Shown here in pieces: positions 46,771 to 62,553 of a stretch of 64,000 nt of DNA. The notes under the pieces were generated by a model. It saw only the letters and a program-made list of their open reading frames with translations, ran no database searches and was not told the origin of the DNA. Each line of letters begins with the position of its first letter. Position 1 is the first letter of the stretch. This DNA is from Escherichia coli (GTDB taxonomy: Bacteria > Pseudomonadota > Gammaproteobacteria > Enterobacterales > Enterobacteriaceae). Position numbers and translations under genes: made by a program. Location of the stretch: assembly GCF_003334385.1 (NCBI RefSeq), contig NZ_QOWN01000011.1. One strand, written 5' to 3'.

Positions 46771-47124
46771 CTATTCGTCGATGATTGACTCGAATCCGCC
46801 ATAGATCATTCGCTTGCCGTCAAACGGCATGGACTCGCCGAACTCTTTCATCCGTGGGTCCGACATCATCTTTTGATTAGCAGCGTCGCGGACCTCTTTT
46901 GAAGGGTATTCAATCCAGCTAAAGACAACCTCTTCATTCTCTTCCGCTTTCACCGCCATACGAAAATCGGTCACTTTGCCATCCGGTACATCGCTGGCCC
47001 AGCATTCGACAATACGAAGCGCGCCAAACTCTTTAAACAATGGCGCAGCCTTAGCGGCCATTTCCCGATAGGCATCCTTTTTATCGGCAGGAACGGCAAC
47101 CACAAAACCATCAACATACTTCAT
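46771..47124 (-). CDS. ybaA: DUF1428-family protein, 117 aa
   Basis: Recognised sequence MKYVDGFVVAVPADKKDAYREMAAKAAPLFKEFGA. Confidence 0.88.
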   Translation of the reverse strand: MKYVDGFVVAVPADKKDAYREMAAKAAPLFKEFGALRIVECWASDVPDGKVTDFRMAVKAEENEEVVFSWIEYPSKEVRDAANQKMMSDPRMKEFGESMPFDGKRMIYGGFESIIDE

Positions 47125-47234
47125 CAGACATACCTCCGAAGCGTACTGCGCAGCCAGACAATTCTTGCGACGTCAGTTGTGGTTAAAGTTTAGCCATGTT
47201 GGGATTTTTTGACGAAACGGTGGGAGGCAGAAAT

Positions 47235-47348
47235 GGGTGGGGGCCCTGCCAGCTACATCCCGGCACACGCGTCATCTGCCTTGGCTGCTTCCTTCCGGAC
47301 CTGACCTGGTAAACAGAGTAGCGTTGCGGGAGAACCAACAGAGCCCCC
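47235..47348 (-). ncRNA. ffs: 4.5S RNA (signal recognition particle RNA), 114 nt
   Basis: Minus strand reads GGGGGCTCTGTTGGTTCTCCCGCAACGCTACTCTGTTTACCAGGTCAGGTCCGGAAGGAAGCAGCCAAGGCAGATGACGCGTGTGCCGGGATGTAGCTGGCAGGGCCCCCACCC, the 4.5S RNA sequence including the conserved SRP domain IV GGAA tetraloop region. Confidence 0.93.
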
Positions 47349-47424
47349 ATTGAGAGCGTTGAGAACCAACGCGCAGGCGCATTATCACTGCTGCCCCGGC
47401 TAATTGCAACCCATCGCGTGCCAG

Positions 47425-47814
47425 ATGCTGGTTTCTTGCGCAATGCGACTTCACTCGGGCGTTTTTCCAGATTATGCTGAAAAATTACCTCAGGAAGAAA
47501 AGATGGAAAAAGAAGATTCATTTCCCCAACGCGTCTGGCAAATCGTCGCCGCTATTCCCGAAGGCTATGTCACCACTTACGGTGATGTGGCGAAACTGGC
47601 GGGATCGCCCCGCGCCGCGCGCCAGGTGGGCGGTGTGTTAAAGCGTCTCCCTGAAGGCAGCACCTTACCCTGGCACCGGGTGGTTAATCGCCACGGCACA
47701 ATTTCGCTAACCGGACCGGATTTACAGCGTCAGCGACAGGCATTACTGGCAGAAGGTGTGATGGTATCGGGAAGCGGGCAAATCGACTTGCAGCGTTATC
47801 GCTGGAACTACTAA
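47425..47814 (+). CDS. atl: Alkyltransferase-like protein (DNA alkylation damage sensor), 129 aa
   Basis: Start at MLVSCAMRLHSG… inside track ORF 47404..47814; MGMT-like DNA-binding fold lacking the catalytic cysteine context. Confidence 0.85.
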   Translation: MLVSCAMRLHSGVFPDYAEKLPQEEKMEKEDSFPQRVWQIVAAIPEGYVTTYGDVAKLAGSPRAARQVGGVLKRLPEGSTLPWHRVVNRHGTISLTGPDLQRQRQALLAEGVMVSGSGQIDLQRYRWNY

Positions 47815-47836
47815 CCCTCTCCGGGCGGAGAGGGTT
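47813..47836. terminator. Bidirectional hairpin between convergent atl and ybaY
   Basis: aaccctctcc-gggc-ggagagggtt perfect 10-bp stem overlapping the atl stop codon. Confidence 0.65.
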
Positions 47837-47844
47837 AACGTCGC

Positions 47845-48417
47845 TTAATATTGCGTAGGAGCTGGAACTGCCGAAGACGGATTCACCTGAGTTGGTGAAG
47901 TCGAAGGTACGGTAGTCGTTGCGCCACCGCTGGCCTGAACCGGCACGGCGGTTTGCTGTACCGGCACCAATGTCAGGTCGGCTTTAGTTCCGCCCTGGTT
48001 GATCACCGGCTGAACGGTATCGGTGATAAATACCAGTTTGTCATTCACGGTAATCGCCGCACTCAACAGAATACGCGCGTTCGGCTGAACATCTGCCGGG
48101 TTAAATGGCAGAACAAAGCTGAATGGTGACTGTTTACCTTCAGTACGCACCGCTTTCTGCGCCAGCACTTTTGACGGTGCATCGGCTAACGACGCGTCAG
48201 AAAGTGTCACGGTCAGCACAGCATCAGGCGGCAGTGCGACTTTCTGACGGATCCAGACGGTACCGGAGACATTCGGTTGCTGGATAGCTGGTTGTTGTGT
48301 TGCTGAAATAGACGTATTTGCAGCCGGTGCTGGCGTCTGAATATCCGCGCTTTTATCTGCGCAAGCCGCCAACGCAATCGCAACCGCTAAACCACTGGCC
48401 ATGTGCACGAGTTTCAT
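47845..48417 (-). CDS. ybaY: Outer-membrane lipoprotein of unknown function, 190 aa
   Basis: Lipoprotein signal MKLVHMASGLAVAIALAAC (lipobox LAAC). Confidence 0.9.
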   Translation of the reverse strand: MKLVHMASGLAVAIALAACADKSADIQTPAPAANTSISATQQPAIQQPNVSGTVWIRQKVALPPDAVLTVTLSDASLADAPSKVLAQKAVRTEGKQSPFSFVLPFNPADVQPNARILLSAAITVNDKLVFITDTVQPVINQGGTKADLTLVPVQQTAVPVQASGGATTTVPSTSPTQVNPSSAVPAPTQY

Positions 48418-48634
48418 TCATTTCTCCTTATTATCAATGCACCAGCGGGCTAACTTTCCTCGCCGGAAGAGTGGTTAACAAAATAGTAACGTCAACAAGT
48501 GTGGCACACATCACGCATTTCTGCCTGTAATTAGCCCGTAATTCAGACCATTGCACCCATCGGACCAGTAGCAAATTTGCGTTATACTCAACTCACTTTG
48601 GCTTGCTGCGGCAGCTTTGTTACTGGAGAGTTAT

Positions 48635-49495
48635 ATGAGTCAGGCGCTAAAAAATTTACTGACATTGTTAAATCTGGAAAAAATTGAGGAAGGACTCTTT
48701 CGCGGCCAGAGTGAAGATTTAGGTTTACGCCAGGTGTTTGGCGGCCAGGTCGTGGGTCAGGCCTTGTATGCTGCAAAAGAGACCGTCCCTGAAGAGCGGC
48801 TGGTACATTCGTTTCACAGCTACTTTCTTCGCCCTGGCGATAGTAAGAAGCCGATTATTTATGATGTCGAAACGCTGCGTGACGGTAACAGCTTCAGCGC
48901 CCGCCGGGTTGCTGCTATTCAAAACGGCAAACCGATTTTTTATATGACTGCCTCTTTCCAGGCACCAGAAGCGGGTTTCGAACATCAAAAAACAATGCCG
49001 TCCGCGCCAGCGCCTGATGGCCTACCTTCGGAAACGCAAATCGCCCAATCGCTGGCGCACCTGCTGCCGCCAGTGCTGAAAGATAAATTCATCTGCGATC
49101 GTCCGCTGGAAGTCCGTCCGGTGGAGTTTCATAACCCACTGAAAGGTCACGTCGCAGAACCACATCGTCAGGTGTGGATCCGCGCAAATGGTAGCGTGCC
49201 GGATGACCTGCGCGTTCATCAGTATCTGCTCGGTTACGCTTCTGATCTTAACTTCCTGCCGGTAGCTCTACAGCCGCACGGCATCGGTTTTCTCGAACCG
49301 GGGATTCAGATTGCCACCATTGACCATTCCATGTGGTTCCATCGCCCGTTTAATTTGAATGAATGGCTGCTGTATAGCGTGGAGAGCACCTCGGCGTCCA
49401 GCGCACGTGGCTTTGTGCGCGGTGAGTTTTATACCCAAGACGGCGTACTGGTTGCCTCGACCGTTCAGGAAGGGGTGATGCGTAATCACAATTAA
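48635..49495 (+). CDS. tesB: Acyl-CoA thioesterase II, 286 aa
   Basis: Start at [20 protein letters not shown] inside track ORF 48617..49495; double hot-dog fold protein. Confidence 0.93.
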
Positions 49496-49543
49496 AAAAA
49501 TAGCCGGAGGTGAAAACCGTCCGGCTGTTTTTTGCAGTGCTTG

Positions 49544-50830
49544 TTACGCGTTATAGGCATTCTCGCCGTGGCTGTTGACATCCAGCCCTTCTCGCTCCTG
49601 CTCTTCCGGTACACGCAGACCAACCGTCAGATCCGCCAATTTGTAGCCGATAAATGCCACAACACCGGACCAGACGATCGTAATGGCGATGCTTTCCAGC
49701 TGTACCAGCAACTGATGGCCCATCGTCACACCTTCAGCGAAGCCCACGCCGCCCAGCGAGCTGGCGGCAAAAATCCCGGTCATGATACAGCCGACAATGC
49801 CACAAACGCCGTGCACACCGAAGACATCGCAGGGATCATCCACCCGCAGCAAGCGTTTGAGCATGGTAACGCCCCACAAGCCCGCCAGACCAGCTACCAC
49901 GCCGATAATCAACGCGCCGCCAACCCCAATGTAGCCGCAGGCTGGCGTCACGCCGACCAGACCGGCAATCGCGCCAGAACACGCCCCCAGCAGTGAAGGC
50001 TTACCACGCAGCGCCCATTCACCGAAGATCCAGCCAAGAATTGCCGCCGCCGTTGCGACCACAGTATTCACAAATGCCAGTGCCGCGATTTCATTCGCCG
50101 TGCCCGCTGACCCGGCGTTAAAGCCAAACCAACCGATATAGAGAATGGCAGTCCCGGTGAAGACCATCGGCAGGTTGTGCGGTTTAAACGCCTCTTTACC
50201 GAAGCCCACGCGTTTTCCTATCAGATACGCGCCCACCAGACCGGCGATTGCGGCGTTAATGTGCACCACGGTGCCACCCGCGAAATCCAGCGCACCGTGA
50301 GAAGCCAGCAAACCACCGCCCCACACCATATGCGCAATCGGAATGTAAGAGAGCGTCAGCCATACCACCACGAAAATCAACACAGCTGAGAAGCGGATTC
50401 GTTCCGCCAGCGCCCCAACTATCAAGCCGACGGTAATGCAGGCAAACGATCCCTGAAACGCCACGTGGATATACTGATAAATGCTGCCCATCACCGCCGT
50501 CAGTTCGATGTTTTTCAGCATCAACCAGTTAATGTTGCCGAAGAAGTTGTTGCCCTCACCAAACGCCAGCGAGTAACCGTAAACCACCCAGAGAATACAG
50601 ACCAGTGCAAATGTCACCGTCACCTGCGTCAGCATCGACAGCACGTTTTTGCCGCGAATCAACCCACCGTAAAACAGGGCAATCCCCGGAATAGTCATAA
50701 ACAGCACCAGCGCAGTACAAATCATCATAAACGCATTGTCGGCTTTATCGGCCACCGCAGGTGCAGCCATTACCAGTCCCGGAAGCATCGCCAGTGAAGC
50801 AAGCCCAGTTTTTATCGTCGCTATCTTCAT
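49544..50830 (-). CDS. amtB: Ammonium transporter (Amt/Rh family), 428 aa
   Basis: Signal peptide plus 11-TM Amt channel; 29 bp downstream of glnK. Confidence 0.96.
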   Translation of the reverse strand: MKIATIKTGLASLAMLPGLVMAAPAVADKADNAFMMICTALVLFMTIPGIALFYGGLIRGKNVLSMLTQVTVTFALVCILWVVYGYSLAFGEGNNFFGNINWLMLKNIELTAVMGSIYQYIHVAFQGSFACITVGLIVGALAERIRFSAVLIFVVVWLTLSYIPIAHMVWGGGLLASHGALDFAGGTVVHINAAIAGLVGAYLIGKRVGFGKEAFKPHNLPMVFTGTAILYIGWFGFNAGSAGTANEIAALAFVNTVVATAAAILGWIFGEWALRGKPSLLGACSGAIAGLVGVTPACGYIGVGGALIIGVVAGLAGLWGVTMLKRLLRVDDPCDVFGVHGVCGIVGCIMTGIFAASSLGGVGFAEGVTMGHQLLVQLESIAITIVWSGVVAFIGYKLADLTVGLRVPEEQEREGLDVNSHGENAYNA

Positions 50831-50859
50831 TTTTCGTTCCTGTTGCTGTGTGCCAGAGA

Positions 50860-51198
50860 TTACAGCGCCGCTTCGTCGGCTTCGCCGGTACGAATACGAA
50901 TGACGCGTTGCAATTCAGCGACGAAGATTTTGCCGTCGCCAATTTTTCCGGTGTAAGCCGCCTTACTGACGATATCGATCACTTCATCGAGTTGGTCATC
51001 AGCAATCGCCACATCAATTTTTACTTTTGGCAGGAAATTGACGCTGTATTCCGCCCCCCGGTACAGCTCGGCATGCCCTTTCTGACGCCCGAAACCTTTC
51101 ACTTCGGTGACGGTCAGGCCCTGAATACCAATGGAAGATAACGCTTCACGAACGTCTTCCAGCTTGAATGGTTTGATTATCACGGTCACCAGCTTCAT
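50860..51198 (-). CDS. glnK: PII-family nitrogen regulatory protein GlnK, 112 aa
   Basis: Start at MKLVTVIIKPFKLEDVREAL inside track ORF 50860..51336; T-loop RGAEY with the uridylylation tyrosine. Confidence 0.96.
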   Translation of the reverse strand: MKLVTVIIKPFKLEDVREALSSIGIQGLTVTEVKGFGRQKGHAELYRGAEYSVNFLPKVKIDVAIADDQLDEVIDIVSKAAYTGKIGDGKIFVAELQRVIRIRTGEADEAAL

Positions 51199-51250
51199 AG
51201 ATCCCCTCCGGTCAGAATTCGGTAATGGTTCTGCTACACGAAGAAGGTAT

Positions 51251-51266
51251 TGCAAGCGGTGTGCCA
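51251..51266 (-). promoter_or_regulatory. sigma-54 (-24/-12) promoter of glnK-amtB, with upstream NtrC-type dyad(s)
   Basis: Minus strand reads TGGCAC-ACCGC-TTGCA; further upstream (plus-strand 51322-51336) GCAC-TATGACA-GTGC resembles an NtrC site. Confidence 0.75.
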
Positions 51267-51378
51267 GAAATGAAAAACGAGAAAGAGAGCAGGAAGTTAA
51301 GAAGTTTGAAAATGAAAACGCACTATGACAGTGCACAGTGCGTTACATTTTTGCACCAACGATGAAATATTGCGCTAT

Positions 51379-54925
<3,547 letters not shown>

Positions 54926-54954
54926 GCGTTGTGTCCTGACCTGATTCTGGATAT

Positions 54955-55413
54955 TTATTCGATGGGTAAAGAAGTGGTGTATTTAATCTGTTCCATCGCG
55001 AAGCTGGAAGTGACGTCCGACAGCCCCGGCACGCTGTTTACCAGACGCTTATAAAACTCGTCGTAGCGTTTCATGTCGGCAACCTGGACGCGCATCAGAT
55101 AATCGTATTCACCAGCCATGCGCCAGAACCCCAGCACTTCTGGCATTTCGGTAACCACCGTGACAAAGCGGCAATACCATTCGCTGCTGTGATGTTGCGT
55201 TTTTATCAGCACAAAAGCGGTCAGGCCGAGGCCTATTTTTTCCGGATCCAGCAGGGCGACTTTGCCGATAAGGATACCGTCGTCCTCCAGCCGTTTCAGG
55301 CGCTTCCAGCAAGGGGTGGTTGTCAGATTAACGGCTTCAGCCAGTGCCTGCAAAGAGAGGGTGCAATCCTGCTGCAGTAAGGCCAGCAGCTTACGGTCAA
55401 TTTTATCTAACAT
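54955..55413 (-). CDS. decR: Lrp/AsnC-family transcriptional regulator, 152 aa
   Basis: Start at [17 protein letters not shown] inside the longer track ORF 54955..55641; HTH plus RAM domain. Confidence 0.88.
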
Positions 55414-55565
55414 AGCCCTTCCACAGAGAATTTTTTTCTCTTTTAATTTTATTTTAAAGGTGAAATCACGACAATTTATTCTGTGCGGTTTAAACACCAC
55501 GGCACAAAATGACAAATTCAACGCAAAAAAAACCGGGCAATTGCCCGGTGCTGGAAGGGATCTCG

Positions 55566-56384
55566 TTATTCGGGGGAATAAGGTAGATGTGGATAGTCCA
55601 GCCAGTGCGTCAAATAGTGAGAGACAGCCTGATTTCGGCAATGTCCAATCACCGGTAAATGCGGGAGCTCCGCGCGCAGTTGCGGCATCGCATTGCCCAT
55701 AATAAATCCGCTACCGACGCTGACTAACATTTCGCGATCGTTCATCGCATCACCAAAGGCCATGCAATCGCGCAACGATAAACCTAAATGTTGGGTCAGC
55801 ACCGTCAATGCAGCGCCTTTATTGCAGCCCACCGGCAGCACTTCGAGGCAATCCGTGGCGGAAAAACACAAATGTGCACGCTCGCCTAATGCTTCGTATA
55901 GCTGGATCTGCAAGCGTGTAAGATCGTCGTGATCGCCACAGAAGCAGATCTTGGTGACGCTGCCGAGTGGCATTTTTTTGACATCGATTATCTGATAACG
56001 AAAACCGCTATAGACAAATGCCTGCAACAACGCAGGGATCTCTTTCCCGGTAAACCAACCGTCGTCATTGAAGATATGCATGCTGGCTCGGGTATCCCAT
56101 TGCTGATACAGCACCAGCTCCGCGACATCCGCAGGTAAATCATCACGATGTAAAAGTTCACCTTCCAGAGAATGCACGCGCGTTCCGTTGCCGGTAATCA
56201 AATACGCATCCAGCGATAGCGCCCCGAGAATATGCTGCATCTCCAGCGCATGACGCCCCGTGGCAAAAGTGAGGGTAATGTCGCGTTCACGCAGTCGCGC
56301 CAAAGTAGAGAGGGTTTTCTCACCTAAATGATGGTCAGGCATCAATAAAGTGCCATCCATATCAAATGCTGCCAGACGAGCCAT
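55566..56384 (-). CDS. cof: HAD-superfamily phosphatase (Cof-type), 272 aa
   Basis: Start at [14 protein letters not shown] (HAD motif I DxDGT) inside track ORF 55566..56396. Confidence 0.92.
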
Positions 56385-56483
56385 TTCTTTCTCCACTCTG
56401 TGACACGGTTAATGGTGATTGAGTATCACCTGATATATACGGAAGTAATAGTGAATAGTTAAATAATATTGTTCCGGGTTTAT

Positions 56484-58184
56484 ATGCGATTGCTCAACCG
56501 TCTTAACCAGTATCAACGTCTGTGGCAACCTTCCGCCGGAAAGCCGCAAACCGTCACCGTCAGCGAACTGGCCGAACGCTGTTTTTGCAGCGAACGCCAT
56601 GTTCGTACGCTGTTGCGTCAGGCACAGGAGGCGGGATGGCTGGAGTGGCAGGCGCAGTCAGGACGCGGAAAGCGCGGACAATTACGCTTTCTGGTCACGC
56701 CGGAATCGCTACGCAATGCGATGATGGAACAGGCACTGGAAACCGGAAAGCAGCAAGATGTGCTGGAGCTGGCGCAACTGGCCCCAGGTGAGCTGCGCAC
56801 TCTGTTACAGCCGTTTATGGGCGGACAATGGCAAAACGATACACCCACGTTGCGTATTCCCTACTATCGCCCGCTCGAACCGCTACAACCAGGCTTTTTG
56901 CCCGGCCGTGCCGAGCAGCATCTCGCCGGGCAGATATTTTCCGGCCTGACCCGCTTCGATAATAATACTCAGCGCCCGATTGGCGATTTAGCGCATCACT
57001 GGGAAACCTCTACTGACGGGTTACGCTGGGACTTTTATCTTCGTTCAACCCTACACTGGCATAACGGCGATGCAGTAAAAGCCTCACACTTACACCAGCG
57101 ATTATTGATGCTGTTACAACTGCCAGCACTGGATCAATTATTTATTAGCGTGAAGCGTATTGAAGTCACCCATCCGCAGTGTCTGACCTTCTTTTTACAT
57201 CGCCCTGATTACTGGCTTGCGCACCGGCTGGCGAGCTATTGCAGCCATCTGGCGCATCCGCAATTCCCACTGATCGGCACGGGTCCTTTTCGCTTAACAC
57301 AATTCACAGCAGAGCTGGTGCGCCTGGAAAGCCATGATTATTACCATTTACGTCATCCGCTGCTTAAAGCGGTTGAGTACTGGATAACTCCGCCGCTTTT
57401 CGAAAAAGATTTGGGAACCAGTTGTCGGCATCCCGTGCAAATCACCATCGGCAAACCGGAGGAGCTGCAACGGGTCAGCCAGGTCAGTAGCGGCATCAGT
57501 TTAGGTTTTTGCTATTTGACGTTGCGCAAAAGTCCCCGACTCTCCCTCTGGCAGGCGCGAAAAGTGATCTCCATTATTCATCAATCCGGTTTATTACAAA
57601 CGTTAGAAGTCGGAGAAAACCTGATCACCGCCAGTCATGCATTACTGCCAGGCTGGACTATTCCGCATTGGCAGGTACCGGATGAAGTCAAACTACCGAA
57701 AACCTTGACGCTGGTTTATCACCTACCGATAGAACTTCATACCATGGCAGAACGCCTACAGGCGACACTGGCAGCGGAAGGCTGTGAACTCACAATTATT
57801 TTTCATAACGCAAAAAACTGGGACGACACGACCCTACAGGCACACGCAGACCTCATGATGGGCGACAGATTAATTGGCGAAGCACCGGAATATACTCTGG
57901 AGCAATGGCTGCGCTGCGATCCGCTGTGGCCACATGTTTTCGACGCTCCAGCATACGCACATCTACAATCGACACTGGATGCCGTGCAAATAATGCCTGA
58001 TGAAGAAAACCGATTTAATGCCCTGAAAGCGGTTTTTAGCCAGTTAATGACAGATGCGACGCTGACGCCGCTGTTCAACTATCACTATCGCATTAGTGCC
58101 CCTCCCGGCGTGAACGGTGTGCGACTGACACCGCGCGGCTGGTTTGAATTTACCGAAGCCTGGCTTCCCGCGCCATCGCAATGA
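56484..58184 (+). CDS. ybaE: SgrR-like protein: N-terminal winged-helix DNA-binding region fused to a family-5 solute-binding domain, 566 aa
   Basis: Start at MRLLNRLNQYQRLWQ inside track ORF 56469..58184; no signal peptide; N-terminal region resembles the SgrR N-domain as I recall it. Confidence 0.8.
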   Translation: MRLLNRLNQYQRLWQPSAGKPQTVTVSELAERCFCSERHVRTLLRQAQEAGWLEWQAQSGRGKRGQLRFLVTPESLRNAMMEQALETGKQQDVLELAQLAPGELRTLLQPFMGGQWQNDTPTLRIPYYRPLEPLQPGFLPGRAEQHLAGQIFSGLTRFDNNTQRPIGDLAHHWETSTDGLRWDFYLRSTLHWHNGDAVKASHLHQRLLMLLQLPALDQLFISVKRIEVTHPQCLTFFLHRPDYWLAHRLASYCSHLAHPQFPLIGTGPFRLTQFTAELVRLESHDYYHLRHPLLKAVEYWITPPLFEKDLGTSCRHPVQITIGKPEELQRVSQVSSGISLGFCYLTLRKSPRLSLWQARKVISIIHQSGLLQTLEVGENLITASHALLPGWTIPHWQVPDEVKLPKTLTLVYHLPIELHTMAERLQATLAAEGCELTIIFHNAKNWDDTTLQAHADLMMGDRLIGEAPEYTLEQWLRCDPLWPHVFDAPAYAHLQSTLDAVQIMPDEENRFNALKAVFSQLMTDATLTPLFNYHYRISAPPGVNGVRLTPRGWFEFTEAWLPAPSQ

Positions 58185-58248
58185 ATAGCTGGTCCGGGTT
58201 AATCGCAGGCGTTACCATAACGCTTTTATTGTTCAAGCAGGATTATCT

Positions 58249-58944
58249 ATGAAACGTGCTGTCGTTGTGTTCAGTGGAGGTCAGGATTCCACCACCTGTC
58301 TGGTGCAGGCATTACAACAATATGATGAAGTCCATTGCGTGACGTTCGATTACGGTCAGCGGCATCGCGCAGAAATCGACGTGGCACGCGAACTGGCGCT
58401 GAAACTGGGGGCACGCGCGCATAAGGTGCTGGATGTCACCCTGCTCAACGAGCTGGCGGTCAGTAGCCTGACGCGTGACAGCATTCCGGTGCCTGATTAT
58501 GAACCTGAAGCCGATGGTATCCCGAATACGTTTGTCCCAGGGCGTAATATTTTGTTCCTGACGCTGGCGGCAATATATGCGTATCAGGTAAAAGCAGAAG
58601 CCGTAATTACTGGCGTCTGCGAAACGGATTTCTCCGGCTACCCGGATTGCCGCGATGAGTTTGTGAAAGCACTAAACCATGCCGTCAGTTTGGGCATGGC
58701 GAAAGATATTCGTTTTGAAACGCCGCTGATGTGGATTGATAAAGCGGAAACCTGGGCGCTGGCAGATTATTACGGCAAACTGGATTTAGTCCGTAACGAA
58801 ACGTTGACCTGCTATAACGGCTTTAAAGGCGACGGTTGCGGTCATTGTGCGGCATGTAATTTACGCGCCAACGGTTTGAATCATTATCTGGCCGATAAAC
58901 CGACGGTGATGGCAGCGATGAAGCAGAAAACCGGGTTGAGGTAA
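58249..58944 (+). CDS. queC: 7-cyano-7-deazaguanine synthase, 231 aa
   Basis: PP-loop SGGQDS at the N-terminus; C-terminal Cys cluster CGHCAAC. Confidence 0.95.
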   Translation: MKRAVVVFSGGQDSTTCLVQALQQYDEVHCVTFDYGQRHRAEIDVARELALKLGARAHKVLDVTLLNELAVSSLTRDSIPVPDYEPEADGIPNTFVPGRNILFLTLAAIYAYQVKAEAVITGVCETDFSGYPDCRDEFVKALNHAVSLGMAKDIRFETPLMWIDKAETWALADYYGKLDLVRNETLTCYNGFKGDGCGHCAACNLRANGLNHYLADKPTVMAAMKQKTGLR

Positions 58945-58995
58945 TTATTCCGGGTGTCGCCGGATGCGGCTTGAGCATCCGGCACCACAAAACGT

Positions 58996-59394
58996 TTACT
59001 TAACCATCTGCTCCAGCTTTTCGCGCAATTCCCCTTCCAGAGCTAATGCTTTCTGCGTTTTAAGATCAATACAAACAAACGTAATAAGCGCATCCGCTAC
59101 CACCTGCCCTTCCGGCTCCAGTGTAATGACCTGGCTTAAGATGCCGCTTTTACCGTTTAATTGCTGCAACTGACTGGTAATAGTTAACAGGTCACTTAAT
59201 ACCGCTGGGCGACGATAGTTAATATTGATATTGACCACGACGAAGGCGATGTTATGGGCCGTCATCCACTGAAAACTGTCGCTATTTTCCAACCCATCCC
59301 AGCGGGCTTCTTCGAGAAATTCAAGGTAGCGGGCGTTGTTGACGTGCTGGTAAACGTCGAGATGATATCCACGAACTTTGATTTGTGTTTGCAT
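58996..59394 (-). CDS. fadM: Long-chain acyl-CoA thioesterase (hot-dog fold), 132 aa
   Basis: Recognised sequence MQTQIKVRGYHLDVYQHVNNARYLEFLEEARW. Confidence 0.92.
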   Translation of the reverse strand: MQTQIKVRGYHLDVYQHVNNARYLEFLEEARWDGLENSDSFQWMTAHNIAFVVVNININYRRPAVLSDLLTITSQLQQLNGKSGILSQVITLEPEGQVVADALITFVCIDLKTQKALALEGELREKLEQMVK

Positions 59395-59435
59395 AGCGCA
59401 ATAACCTTACGTTGTTGTTATAAGTACAGAGGTCA

Positions 59436-61881
<2,446 letters not shown>

Positions 61882-62072
61882 GGTGTAACAACACTCCGCT
61901 GTAGATGACTGTGTACCTCACGCAACGTATCGATGCGCGCAAAGGCCTATTGTGACAAGAAACGGGGGCAATTGTCAGCCCACAAGACGCAGAAAGTCAC
62001 CGAATACAAATAAAAAAGGCACATCAGTAGATGCGCCCTTGAACTTCGTCACATCCCCACTGGGGACAACGC

Positions 62073-62345
62073 TTAGTTTACCGCGTCTTTCAGTGCTTTA
62101 CCTGCACGGAAGCTCGGTACTTTAGCAGCAGCGATGGTGATCTCTTTACCGGTCTGCGGGTTGCGGCCAGTACGGGCAGCACGCTCTTTAACGGCAAAAG
62201 TACCAAAACCTACCAGTGCTACATCATCCCCTTCTTTCAGAGATTCAGTTACGGAAGCAATAATAGCATCTAACGCACGGCCAGCCGCAGCTTTAGAGAT
62301 ATCAGCCCCTGCAGCAATCTTGTCGATCAATTGAGATTTATTCAC
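62073..62345 (-). CDS. hupB: Nucleoid protein HU beta subunit, 90 aa
   Basis: [90 protein letters not shown]. Confidence 0.97.
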
Positions 62346-62483
62346 TCTTCTCTTCCTCTTTATAATTTATATCGCACTTGAATCCTTCAAGGTACGAACG
62401 CGCAGCAGTTATATCAGGCCAGCCATCCCCTTACAACACCCCTTAATAAGGGCAAGCCCGATCCGCCATCTAACTTAGCGAGA

Positions 62484-62521
62484 CAAAAAAAGGCTGGCAA
62501 GCCCGAATTAGCCTGCCAGCC
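62484..62521 (-). terminator. Rho-independent terminator of lon
   Basis: Stem GGCTGGCA…TGCCAGCC flanked by an A-run and a T-run, about 35 bp after the lon stop. Confidence 0.8.
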
Positions 62522-62553
62522 CTGTTTTTATTAGTGCATTTTGCGCGAGGTCA

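Noticed and set aside
47183-47521. 112-aa and 60-aa minus-strand ORFs between ybaA and atl
   Set aside because: They overlap the 4.5S RNA gene (47235-47348), which fully explains the conservation of this interval.
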